64,000 nucleotides of DNA from Octopus sinensis (Eukaryota), in the NCBI RefSeq assembly GCF_006345805.1, contig NC_043010.1, positions 558,001 to 622,000 on the forward strand. Reading direction: 5' to 3'. Of the stretch, positions 15,081 to 27,420 are shown in pieces. Position numbers and translations under genes: made by a program. Within the stretch, counting starts at the first letter, position 1; the number at the start of each line of letters is the position of its first letter. A model generated the notes under the pieces. That model saw only the letters and a list, made by a program, of their open reading frames with translations, was not told the origin of the DNA and ran no database searches.

Positions 15081-15494
15081 GGTGTAGGAGTGGCTGTGTG
15101 GCGAGTGGCTTGCTTGCGAACCACATGGTCCCGCGTTCAGTACCACAGCGTGGCACCTTGGACAAGTGTCTTCTACTATAGCCTTGGGCCGACCAAGACC
15201 TTGTGAGTGGATTTGGTGGACGGAACTGAAAGAGGCCTGTCGTATATATGTATAAATATGGATGTGTGTGTGTGTATATGTTTGTGTGTCTGTGTTTGTC
15301 CCCCAACATCGCTTGACAACCGATGCTGGTGTGTTTACGTCTCTGTGACTTAGCGGTTCAGCAAAAGAGACTGATAGAATTAGTACTGGGCTAGCAGGGA
15401 GTGAGTCCTGGGGTCGATTTGCTTGACTAAAAAAGGCGGTGCTCCAGCATGGCAACAGTCAAATGACTGAAACAAATAAAAGAGTAAAAGAGAG
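15081..15494 (+). mobile_element. tRNA-derived SINE family B (full length, internal TA/TG microsatellite)
   Basis: A box tggctgtgtgg, B-box-like gttcagtacc, accttggacaagtgtctt core, tail gtgctccagcatggc...gactgaaacaaataaaagag; many copies in the window. Confidence 0.85.
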
Positions 15495-15599
15495 TATGCG
15501 TGTGTGTGCATGTGTGTGTGTGTGTGTGTGATTGTGTCTGTGTTTTAACATCTTTTAACCACCATGTGTTGAAGTGCATCTCTTGACTAAGTTTGCATT

Positions 15600-16520
15600 C
15601 ATGGGGCTGACAACATCATAAGACTTGGAAGGTGGCTCCTTCAGCAATGCCCTTTATCTGATAACCAAGAATACAAGCCCAAAGAAGTTGCATGACTCTA
15701 CTGCAATGTATCATTAGATGAAAGGATGAACCTATATGAGCAGAAGACTATGCATGGATATGTTAGTAGAAAGCTTTGTGATGAGAGTAACATTGATCAT
15801 CAAAGCAGTTTATCATGGACCAATAGCCGGATTACTACCTCCCACTTTGAAGGGTATGCGTTTGCAATCCAGGGACAGAAAATATCAACCAAGTACCTGA
15901 TGTACAAAAGGGATAGAGATGCAGGTAAATCCGTAAAGTGTAACAACTGATGCAGTCTTTGTGGAGTTCACACTGACGATATCACCCACATCATAAACAG
16001 TTGTCCGAAAATGTCATCATGGTATTATCTACTGATGAGACATGACGTTCTAGCTAAGACACTCTATAATGAAATCTGTCGGAAGTATTATCCTGAGGAC
16101 AAAGAAATCCACAATATGGTAGAAGCCATAGCCACTCATAATAAAAAGGAATACTGGTGGAATGTACCAGTGAAGACCTCAATAAAATGCAAGAACAACA
16201 GAACTGATATAATGATTTGGGATAGAGAAGAGAAACTGTGCACAGTTGTGGAAATTAGCTGCCCAGCAGATATTAACATAAAGCTGAAGATCAGTGAAAA
16301 AGAGAACACCTCTGCTGAACTATTGAGAACTCTGCAGTTACTCAATCCAGATTACAAGTTCAGGTTTATACCTGTAATTATTGGGGCCCTGGGATTTGTA
16401 ACACATTGCCTAAATACCAATCTTGAGAAAATAGGCTTCTCAAAACCAGAAAGGAGAAAACTAATTCAAAGACTACAGGAACTGTAAAAATCTGTAAAAC
16501 TTTCCAGAAGTTTATCATTT
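15600..16520 (+). mobile_element. 5'-truncated R4/Dong-like (RLE-type) non-LTR retrotransposon, C-terminal part
   Basis: ORFs 15726..15950 and 16011..16487 are in the same frame, split by one TGA. Contains a CSLC-x7-H-x4-C zinc knuckle, RHD, the restriction-like endonuclease motif RTDIMIWD...VEISCPAD and PVIIGALG; flanked by (TG)n and (TA)n. Confidence 0.85.
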
Positions 16521-16744
16521 AAATATATATATATATATATGAGCATATGTAGGTATGCAACTATATGCATACACACATACACACACATACGTACATGCAT
16601 ATACAATATGGTCATGCTTACACACCAACACAGAAAGGTGTACAGATACACAGAGACACCATTGTGTATACACGAAGGTATATGAACAGTGATGTATATA
16701 TATACATGCTTACATACACGTACATACATATATATATGCATACT

Positions 16745-17528
16745 TACTTTGATACTTTGATACTTTGATACTTTGATAGGTTTCGGCCATTATTGGCCCA
16801 GGCCATGTCTAACTTAATAGCACCACCTGGTGAAGTCTTTCAAGTCAGAATTTGGGCACTATGGCCCACTCAAGTAGAGAGTTATTGTTTACAGAGACAT
16901 ATCCGGGTGTAGGGGGTTTATCCGGGATTTCTTGAAGGAATCTGTCCAAAGACTTCTTGAACCCTATAGGGTCAGTTTCTGTTTTAATGTGTTTTGGTGT
17001 AATGTTAATGAGAGCGGGGCCAATTGAGGTGAAATAATTGTGCCGTATTGTTGTTATGAGATGAGAGTGCGATTTTTGTTTTGGGCGGATGGCACGGGGC
17101 CCAAGCCTTGGATGTACCTTAAAGGTGATGCCAACATCATTTGGGCAATGCTGATGGAATATTTTCCACATCATGCAGATGATGTAGCACTCACGACGAC
17201 GTTGGAGAGAATAGAGTTTTAGCTTTTCTAGTCGACCCCAATAGTCGAGGCCTTTCATGCCATCTATCTTTTTTGTGATTGCCCTTTGAGGTGCTTCAAC
17301 TTTTATGATACCTTGTATTGTGTGGGGAGACCACAGTGGACAACAGTATTCAAGGTGGGGTCGGGCAAAAGTGGAGAAGAGAAGGATAATGGTGTGGATA
17401 TCTCTCGACTGGAAAGTTCTGAGAATCCAGGAACACATTCTGCGGGCCATGTCAACTTTGGTGTTTATATGAGTGGCCCAGCTTACGTTGTTGTCCACAA
17501 TTACTCCCAAGTCTCTGATGTTTACATC
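16745..17528 (-). mobile_element. 5'-truncated CR1-group LINE (RT thumb / C-terminus)
   Basis: ORF 16845..17615 contains DLGVIVD...ARPHLEYCCPLWSP...LEKLKLYSLQRRRE; 3' tail is the tandem octamer (TACTTTGA)n on the + strand at about 16745-16778. Confidence 0.9.
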
Positions 17529-17573
17529 TATATATATACATATACATACATATATACATATACATATATATAT

Positions 17574-17604
<31 letters not shown>

Positions 17605-17905
17605 CATACATACACTTACATATATATACATATATACATGCACACCTACACCCACACACTCATATATATATACATACATGCATATATACATGTATATACA
17701 TACAGTCATGGTCACACACTGACAGATATATAGATAGTTAGAGACACAGCTGTATTTGAAGAAAGCCCTGTAGAGAGGGATTTTGCTGGTTATTTTTCTG
17801 CTTCCTTTACACCGGTTTAAACAATGTTAGCAGAAAATCAGATAGAGGAAACATTTACGATATAATATATACTTTTGATAGTTCCATTCAACACACACAC
17901 ACACA

Positions 17906-17958
<53 letters not shown>

Positions 17959-18038
17959 TGTATGAGGATATAGTTTTGCTATTTTCCGCATTCACACACA
18001 CAACCATCCAGCTACATATATATATCTAACATATATAT

Positions 18039-18115
<77 letters not shown>

Positions 18116-18637
18116 TATATATATATTATATATATATATTATATATATATATGTATATATATTGTACGTATATATTGTGTTTATTCATGTATATATTTAT
18201 CTAATACCAGTGTGTAGCAGAATTCTCATAAAATTGTCATTGCTTTTTTTTGCTTTTTGTTTATTAGAAGATTAAAAAAAACAACAACATGGTGCATCAA
18301 CATTGATAACAAGAACAACAAGAACAACAAATCTAATAAAAATAACAATGAAAAATAAACATAAAAAGAAGCAATTTTAAACAACAAAAGAAACACAAAA
18401 ATAGAACAAAAACAGAAATGCCATTGAAGATCTTTGTTTACATGGGAATTGGTGAATAAGTTAGTGGGTTCTTTAAAATTGTCTTGTTTATTGAAATGAC
18501 AGCCAATTCTTGGAGAGTAGAGTTAATTCAGGAGGAAAATAAAGCTAATGTGTATTCAAGCAATGTTATATTTAAGAAATATATGTGGATGTATCTGTCT
18601 ATCTGTCTATTATTCTATTCATTTGTCTGCTTATCTA

Positions 18638-18710
<73 letters not shown>

Positions 18711-19860
18711 ATGTATGTATGTATATGTATGTATGTATGTATGTATAAATTTATGTATATATATACACACAAACATATCCATGAATATACACATATGACC
18801 TCTTCAGGGAAGCATAATGGAAATAATAATAATAATAATAACAATAACAATAATATTAATGATAATAACAACAACAAATACAAGACAAAGGAAAGCCACT
18901 ACTGAAATTTTGGGATTTTGTTTCTTCTTTGATACACACACAAGCACATACATGCACATGTGCCTGCGTACACACACACACACACGTGTACGTGTGTGAA
19001 AGTAAGTTAAGTAAGCATACATACATATAATATAATATATAGTATATATACATATACACCCATATACATACATGCATATACATACATGCATATATATGTT
19101 TATTTTGCGTTGGCCGCGGTGGGGCTGGTTGTGCAGGTGGTATTTTTTCTATGTCATCAGAGTGTAAATACCGTTACAAATCTTATGAGTGAATTATAGT
19201 CAGCCGGATGCTGTAAAAGGTTATCTTATCCTTGCCTGACCAATTCCATCTTCCATACTTTATACACTTCTTTAACAAAATGATTTCCATATATTTTCTT
19301 TGTTAGGCTCAGGCTTGTTGGCTGGTTGGTCAGTTGGTTTGTGTGTGTGTGTGTACATATATATATATGTTTGTGTGTGTGCATGTATATATATATATAT
19401 TATATATATATATATATATATATTATATAAAATCTGTTCTGTCTGTGTGTGTGTGTGTCTTCTAGAATCTCGGACATCCTCCATCCGATTGCGTTCAAAT
19501 TTTATACGTAGATACCGACAGTATCAGGGTGTGTATAAGTCTTGAAAAAATTACAAAAATCGATTCCAGGTGAGAATGTGATCGATAAAGTCATGGGAAC
19601 ATGCATTTGTATGTGCAAGTACATCAGCTGCTGCGATGTACTTACTGGTACTTTAAACTCTTTGGTTGCATATTTGTGTGAATAAAATCGTTTTTCTTCG
19701 GAATAGAAAAAAGGTCTATCTTTATTTCTTCTTTTGCTGTTGTCTCAAATTTAGGGGAGGCCTATGGGATGGTCGGACAAGTTGTTTTGAGAAAATTTGG
19801 TTTAAATGTTTGATAACTCAGCACCGTCCATTGGATTGTGGGGGGGGGGGGGCGTTTGCT

Positions 19861-19899
<39 letters not shown>

Positions 19900-20115
19900 G
19901 TATATATATGTATGTATATATATCTATATTTACATGTGTATACACACACACACATACAGAGTTTATGGACATATGGTCCCTTGCAGCTCTAAGGATTCTT
20001 TAACTGATATTTCTGACAATGTAGGTGCTACTTTGAACTGTCAGTCACAATAAGTGACAACTGAATTTTTCCTTTCTAGTTTTATAGTGTGTATAGCTGC
20101 CTTCATTATTTCATA

Positions 20116-20218
20116 TATATAACAAGTTTTTGCCTAATAAGATAAAAAACCAAGGCTGTAGCTCTAATATCTACACAGCCTTGGTTTTTTATTTTATTAC
20201 GCAAAAAATTCTTATATA
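20116..20218. repeat. Short fold-back hairpin / MITE remnant at a TA site
   Basis: About 44-bp imperfect arms with a perfect core ataaaaaaccaaggctgt / acagccttggttttttat. Confidence 0.6.
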
Positions 20219-20805
20219 CACACGCTGACATAGAACCAACGTTGAACCCATTATTCGCAATATTACCGAATATGAAACTTGACTATGGTATGTCTCTAGC
20301 ACTTATTCAGCATTACCTGACACCTTTGGGTCTCAATGACACCATTATCTCTTATATATATATACATACATATATCATCAGTCTATGTGTCTGCTTTCTA
20401 TGCAGGCATGGGTAGGAGATTTTGATAGGAAACTGGTGAGCTGCAAGGTTACTTCAATCTCCAGTGCCATCTTTGAGAGGGCTTCTATGGCTGGATGGCA
20501 TTCCTAATGCCAACCTCTTAACAGGGTGTACTAAATGCTACCTTGTGTGCATATATATATGTTATATAAACATATAAAGATTATTATTAATAAAAGTAGT
20601 AATAAAAGTGGCTAGCAAGCATAAAAGAACCAAAAAGGTAAATTATTAATTTATAATCAGGGTACAAGATAGTACACAGCATTGCTAGAAATAGGAGTAA
20701 GTGGCTCAAGAGTCATTTATATACACACTGGTGAGTTCAGGGAAATGAGTATATAAAAAGCCATCTTACCAATAGTGAGTAAAAATCACAAATGAGTTGC
20801 AAACG

Positions 20806-20863
20806 TACTCATAGCACGTGCTTTTGGACCCTGTGATAAACACTTAGTCTTCATCAGTGAGTA
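20806..20863 (-). ncRNA. Type I hammerhead motif, inverted twin of 20904-20961
   Basis: Exact reverse complement inside the inverted repeat 20669-21109. Confidence 0.7.
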
Positions 20864-20903
20864 TTACTGCCGAGGACTAAAATATTTTCACCCTTGGCTG
20901 TAA

Positions 20904-20961
20904 TACTCACTGATGAAGACTAAGTGTTTATCACAGGGTCCAAAAGCACGTGCTATGAGTA
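20904..20961 (+). ncRNA. Type I hammerhead motif, probably inactivated (GAAA reads AAAA)
   Basis: UACUCA-CUGAUGA-AGAC...GUCC-AAAA-GCACGUGC-UA-UGAGUA. Perfect 6-bp helix I and a 10-nt palindrome AGCACGUGCU as helix III. Confidence 0.7.
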
Positions 20962-21235
20962 TGTTTGCAACTCATTTGTGATTTTTACTCACTGTTGGTA
21001 AGATGGCTTTTTATATACTCATTTCCTCAAACTCACCAGTGTGTATATAAGTGAACTACTGTGGTTTTTGAGCCACTTGACTCTTATCTCTAGCCGTGCT
21101 GTATACTATATATTATATATAAATGTATTACAGCAGAAAATGAACAAAAAAAACATTTGGCACCATTCAAGAACATTTAATTTATAATTTATAATCTATA
21201 CAAAGTGCAGAACAGTTATGATTATTTACATAAAG

Positions 21236-21330
21236 TCTCTTACAGCTGTTTCTAGAATAACTAAACATGTGAATCATATGTTATTGAATAAAGAATTCCA
21301 TGTAAACCAAATATTCCATCATCAGAGAGA
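21236..21330 (-). ncRNA. Type I hammerhead ribozyme motif with intact core, palindromic helix III and a long loop 2
   Basis: Minus strand reads UCUCU-CUGAUGA-UGGAAUA...UAUUCUA-GAAA-CAGCUG-UA-AGAGA. Helix I 5 bp, helix II 7 bp (one G:U), ACAGCUGU palindrome. Confidence 0.8.
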
Positions 21331-21732
21331 GAAAAAGTATATATGGAAATGTGGAAATGTAGAGATGGTATTGGATAGTGGAGTGGTGGGATGCATGCAC
21401 TTTAAGAAGAAAAAGACTTGATGGTCACCAGTGGAAAGCCTGTGCTCATAGGTCTGCTCTATCAGGGAAGACTTGGGGCTAAACAAGACCAGTGGCCATA
21501 GTAACAGTAGCAGCAACAGTAACAACAAGAGCAACAACAACAGCAAGATCAATAACAACAACAACAACAACAACAACAACTCAAGGCTTTAATTAAATGG
21601 CAATGGGATGCTCTCCCGCTTCGTGTGTAATGTCACGCTCAGTTTTAACTGATCTGCTCTGAGTGAATTCGCCTGTTAATACCAAACCTTAAACAGGGTT
21701 CTTACTCTTTCTTTTTCCATCAACCTCTTCAG

Positions 21733-21752
21733 CAGGTTCCTACCAAAGTTAA
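21733..21752 (+). CDS. Weak candidate additional terminal micro-exon (AGSYQS* in phase 1)
   Basis: Strong polypyrimidine tract and NAGNAG acceptor (ctcttcagcag) within an island of unique sequence; the coding part is too short to verify. Confidence 0.3.
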
Positions 21753-22539
21753 TTGCTATCTAAATCACTAATTATCACTAAATGCGGCCTCTTATCGTTA
21801 CGTGATTTGTCTTTTCTTCAATGTTCTCCTTTTATGAGCGGACACACTTTGACCATACTCTGAAGGATGATACTGGAAGTAGTGACCTCCAGGCAAAACT
21901 AAACACCAAACTTCAATTCTAATTGACCAATTGAAGGCATAGTAACACCAAATTTTAGTTCTACTCGACTGATTCGACAACAGATTGGATCCTCAAAAGA
22001 AATAGTAGAAAAATGAATAACTGAAAGAAGTGCAGATAAGTTAGGGGTCAAGAAGAGAGAAGTGGGAAAAAGAAAGGGCTACTAGTTTGACCATCTGTCC
22101 ATCAATTAGATTTGCTGCACTACTTCAGTTTCTTCTTGACTTCAAACGGTAATTATCAATTTGTTAAGTAGGCCATACTAATGCTACTAGTTCTACTTTG
22201 GCATTTACTAATTATTGTTGTAAATGAAGAAGAGTGAAGAAAATAAATACCCAAATCAGAGTGTAAAAGAAATGAAATAAAACAAAATGGGTAGGAAATA
22301 TCACCACCACCATCATCATTATCCTCATCATCATAAACTTCATTAACCTTCTCCTCCTCCTCCTCCTCATCATCATCACCACTGCCACCATCACTACTGC
22401 CACCACCCCCAGAATCCCCACCACCACCACCACCACAACAACCAGCATTGTCATCAATATCATCATCATCATCATCATCATCATCGTCGTTGTCGTCGTC
22501 GTCGTCACCACCACCACCACCACCACCATCACCACCACC

Positions 22540-22594
<55 letters not shown>

Positions 22595-24263
22595 CATTAC
22601 TACTTTTGTCAATTACCACCATCAACATCATAATAACCATCACTACAACATTCTCACCAAACACCATAACCAGACACCAATATACACTACCATTCCTGCT
22701 ACCAACATCACCACTACCCCCACCACCACCACCACCACCACCATAACCATCATTAATGTCATATCCTTCACTAACATTATCATGATAACCCTCACTGAAC
22801 CACCATCATTATCTCTTCCAGCATCACCACCACCACCACCACCACCACCACCACCACCACCACCAAATCAGTATCATTTGTTACTCACTTCCCCCACCAG
22901 CTACCTTATTTTTTCTTCTATGCCTCTCTTTGAGGAGACAGCCTCAGCATAATTGCCCTGAGTTTCTAGAAATGCCAGCCGAATCTTTCTGAAATCACAT
23001 TCTACTATCTTTAGTCAGAAGGACACATTAGATAATGTAGTCATAGAGACATTAAACTGAAATAAATAGTATGGAATGGATATGATGGAAATCTGTACTA
23101 TTTATAGATGTACACCAAGGAACAGATCTAACTTTAAGAAATAATATTCTTCACTCCTACTTTATAGAATTATATTCATATGCAACGTATCAGTTGAATA
23201 TGATTTCAGTAAAAACCTTATAGTATGCTATGCAAAGCTTGCCCGCAGCTATTGGCTACCAGATGTAGCCCTACAGTGGAGATGCTCTTACTTTTTTTTT
23301 TGTGAATTTTCAGAAAATTTTGTGAATTTCTGTAATACACATGAAAATTCATATGATTATGAAAAACAAATCTTTAAAAAATTTTTTAACACCTCCCCTA
23401 AATCCTAAAAGTTCCACTCTTTTTTTAATTATTTTTTAAAGTTAGAGTTTGAAATATGGATTGTTCCAATTTTTTGCTTAAATCCCAACAAAAGACTATC
23501 CATGAGTGCATTGTCATTCCATAAAATGTTTATGGGGAGAAAAATATTGAAAAACATCATTACATGTCAGAGTGACAAAGAAACGAGGAAGGTATCAGAT
23601 GATTGTGAGATGTGTTAAAAACAACAGCAAAATCACCCTTAAATCACATATAGATACAAAAAAAATTTTCTTAATCATATTAAATACCATGAGTAGAACA
23701 CAAATTTACAAATATTTCTGAAAATTCTAAAAGTAAAAATGTCATGAGGGTTGTTCTATGGAGGGCTTACCCTAGAATTCTGCCTAGAGTGTTCCTTTCC
23801 CATTACTAGATCTCACTCATCTTACCTGTCTTTCTTTGTATCTAGAATCTATCTTCCCTTGCTCTTTCTGTTTACCTGTTTTCCTTAACTATCTCTGTAC
23901 TCTTTTTCTACTTTGCTAATTCGGAAAGGATCACTGCTTCCCATCAGCATTACATTCCACAGATGACTTATTCTTGTCTCTTATTGCAACACATTCTTCA
24001 TTTATGTACTTCTATTTCCTAGATTATTTGTTTTGTAGTAATGTTTTTCTTGTTCATCCCAGAACTTGTCTTTACTTACCATCCAGTTTAGAGTCCTCTT
24101 CTCTACTTATTATTGTATCTGTTTCCTTTTTGCCTATCCATTTCATCTAAATCCCAGCAGCTTTTGTTACTGACATCCCCAAATTGAAGAACATTACCAT
24201 AGGTTTTGAAATTCTGGTGATATTTGGTTGATAACTGATAATTTGAGTTCATCCATCCATATA

Positions 24264-24520
24264 TATCATCATCATCATCATCATCGTTTAACATCCGTTC
24301 TCCATGCTAGCATGGGTTGGACGGTTCGACCGGGGATCTGGGAAGCCAGAAGGCTGCACCAGGCTCCGGTCTTATCTGGCAATATTTCTACAGCTGGATG
24401 CCCTTCCTAACGCCAACCACTCCGTGAGTGTAGTGGGTGCTTTTTACGTGCCACCAGCACAGGTGCCAGGCGAGGCTGGCATCGGCCACGGTCGGATTGG
24501 TGCATTTTACGTGCCACCTA
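24264..24520 (-). mobile_element. SINE/RTE-tail-like family D ending in (GAT)n
   Basis: catcatcatcgtttaacatccg...ggatgcccttcctaacgccaacc; degenerate copies at about 20370-20540 and 28145-28345. Confidence 0.65.
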
Positions 24521-24696
24521 TATATAGATATATATATATATATATACACACAATATATATGTTTGTATCTGTGTGTATATATATATATATGTATATACAT
24601 ACACAGACACTCATGCCGTACAATGTAATTGTTGGTCATGCATTTCATGTCTTTCATTTATTTTTAATGTTTATGTAGTTTAGTTTTCTACTTGGT

Positions 24697-24709
24697 ACTA
24701 CTACTACTG

Positions 24710-24781
<72 letters not shown>

Positions 24782-24783
24782 TA

Positions 24784-24850
<67 letters not shown>
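24697..24850. repeat. (TAC)n microsatellite
   Basis: Directly visible. Confidence 0.95.
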
Positions 24851-25581
24851 GTAGTTTTGTTATTGTGGTTGCTTCTTAGGTTTTCTATTTTGCTCTTCTT
24901 CCCATAAAATTTTCTTAGGTTACTTCTGGCTAAAACATTTTGCACACCCTCTCCTCCTCCTCTTTGCAGGTATAATAACTAGTTTGATAATAATAATGAT
25001 GATAACAACAACAACAACAACAATAATAATAATAATAATCATGATGATGATAATGATGATGATGATGATGATGATGACTTGAATGAGAAAATGAATTTAA
25101 AAAATCATGTTTAAGATACTTTAATAAATGACTTTGATGAGAACAGTGGTGCTGATGAGAATGATGATGATGATGGAGATGGAGATAATGATGATGATGA
25201 TGATGATGGAGATAATGGTAGTGTTAATGATGATAGCAATTAATGTTGATAACAACTTTATTAATTACAATGAAAACATTAACAGACTCCTGCTCCTCCT
25301 TCTTCTTCTTCTCACCCTCTTTTGCATTTCTGCCATCCTCCTCCTCACCATCATTGTCATCACCATTATCATCAGTAGTATTCACAGAAGCAACTGATGA
25401 CTGTCCACAACAAACAACGAACAATAACAGCATCAGCAGCAGCAGCAGCAGCAGCAACAACATCAACAACAACAACAACTACGACTACTACTACTACAAC
25501 AGCAACAACAACAATGATATTTGAATACATGTTTCTAAGTTACTATTTTGCTTGAAACTTTGACAAACTTTCTCAAAGGAT

Positions 25582-25616
<35 letters not shown>

Positions 25617-26599
25617 AGAGAGAGAAAGAAAGAGGGGAAAGAGAGAGAGAGAGGGGAAATGAAGCTGAGAATGGTTCATTGCCTTTTTTTTTTGATTATC
25701 AATGTGAAATTCGCTGCATTCTAGCTTTGCCTCACATGCTTTTTCTCACAGAAGCTAAATTACTTGTTTAATTGCTGTCATTAAGTGGGAGAATAATTAA
25801 TTAAGTTGGATCTTTCATTAGAATAAAACGAAAAAATAAAAGCTTGAAAAAAATGAAAAATCCTTAAAAAACCTAATAAAAATAAACATGAAAAATTCAG
25901 ACAAAAAATTGATAATTAAAAAAAATTTGTTAATTTCAAATTTTTAAAAAATTGTTCAATTCTACTCAAATTTACATACAAGTATCAACACATACACAAG
26001 TATACATAAATACACATCATGCAGATACATATACATACACACACTCATACTTATCTATCTATCTTTATGTATATGCCTCATTCTTTTGTTTATCCACTCA
26101 CTTATAAATGTGTGTGTGTGTATACATACATATATATATATATATGTATACTTACAGTTATACACACATATATATATTAAGTATATAGATGCATATATAT
26201 GCATATATACATACACACACATCCATATGTATATATATATATACACACACACATACACATGCATACACATACATTTACATATATGTATACTCAAGCATAT
26301 ACACATATGTACACACATACATATATACACATGCATATGCACACATACACACAGAGAAAAACCTATTTAAAATTAAAGTACTATTCATAGACACAGAACA
26401 ATAATAATGAAAACAAAATAGTAATTAAAACATAATTAATATTTTTCTTATTTCTTACTGGAGTGGGATGTTGGATTGACAGAAATTCTATAAAGTCTCT
26501 CTTAACAATTTTTTCACTAATATATTCCAAGAGAAACAAACTCAAAATTTAAAGGAGTCAAAAATCTCAGACAATTTTCTGCTCCTCTTGTTTTCCATT

Positions 26600-27420
26600 C
26601 TACGAATTGGCAGAACCATTTGGAGCATTGGATAACATGTCCTGTGGTATAAGTCCTACTGAGTCAACTTTGTCTTTCAAGGTTTATGAAAATAAAATAC
26701 CAGTAAAATATTGGGCTCAATGATATTGGCTAATCCCTCACCTCAGAATTGCAGGTGCTGGGTCAAAATTTGAAATCATCATCATCATCATCATCAACTG
26801 CAACAACAATGGGCTGGCAAAATGCTTAGCTGTATTTTTTCTATCTTTATGTTCTGAGTTCAAATTCTATCAAGGTTGGCTTTACCTTTCATCCTTGGGG
26901 GGCGGGGGGGGGGAGGATCTATAAAACAAGTATCATTTGAGCACTCCCTCTCTTTCAAAACTTCAGGCTTTGTGCCTATAATTGAAACATTATTAGTAGC
27001 TTTTCATCTGTGTTCTGAGTTCAAATTCTGCTGCGACTGACTTTGCCTTTCATCCTTTCAGGGTTGATAAATAAAATAGCACAATGTCAGCATTGTAGTT
27101 CATATAATTGACTATATCCGTCCTCCAGCATTTCAAGCTTTGTGTCTATAGTAGAAAGGATTATTGTTGTTGTTGTTATTGAAGGTGGTCAGCTGGCAGA
27201 ATTGTTAGCATCGTGGGGTAAATGCTTAGCAGCATTTCATTCGTTTTTACATTCTAAGTTCAAATTCTGCCAAGATCAACTTTGCCTTTCATCTTTTTGG
27301 AGTTGATAAATTTAGTATCAGCCAAGGACTGGGGTTGATGTCATTGGTTTGACCCTACCCACAAAATTTCAGGCCTTGTGCCTATAGTAGAAAGGATTGT
27401 TATTATTATTATTATTATGA
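26600..27420 (+). mobile_element. Head-to-tail cluster of about 4 SINE family A copies
   Basis: Repeated gagttcaaattc / cctttcatc / ttgtgcctata modules separated by trinucleotide tails. Confidence 0.75.

Larger units (their letters stand above)
20669..21109. mobile_element. Fold-back (inverted) duplication of a hammerhead-bearing, Penelope pLTR-like repeat
   Basis: Arms about 20669-20875 and 20892-21109 are reverse complements, near-identical centrally, with a 16-nt spacer. Confidence 0.75.

Noticed and set aside
24970-25080. Strong acceptor tctttgcag
   Set aside because: Leads straight into simple trinucleotide repeats.
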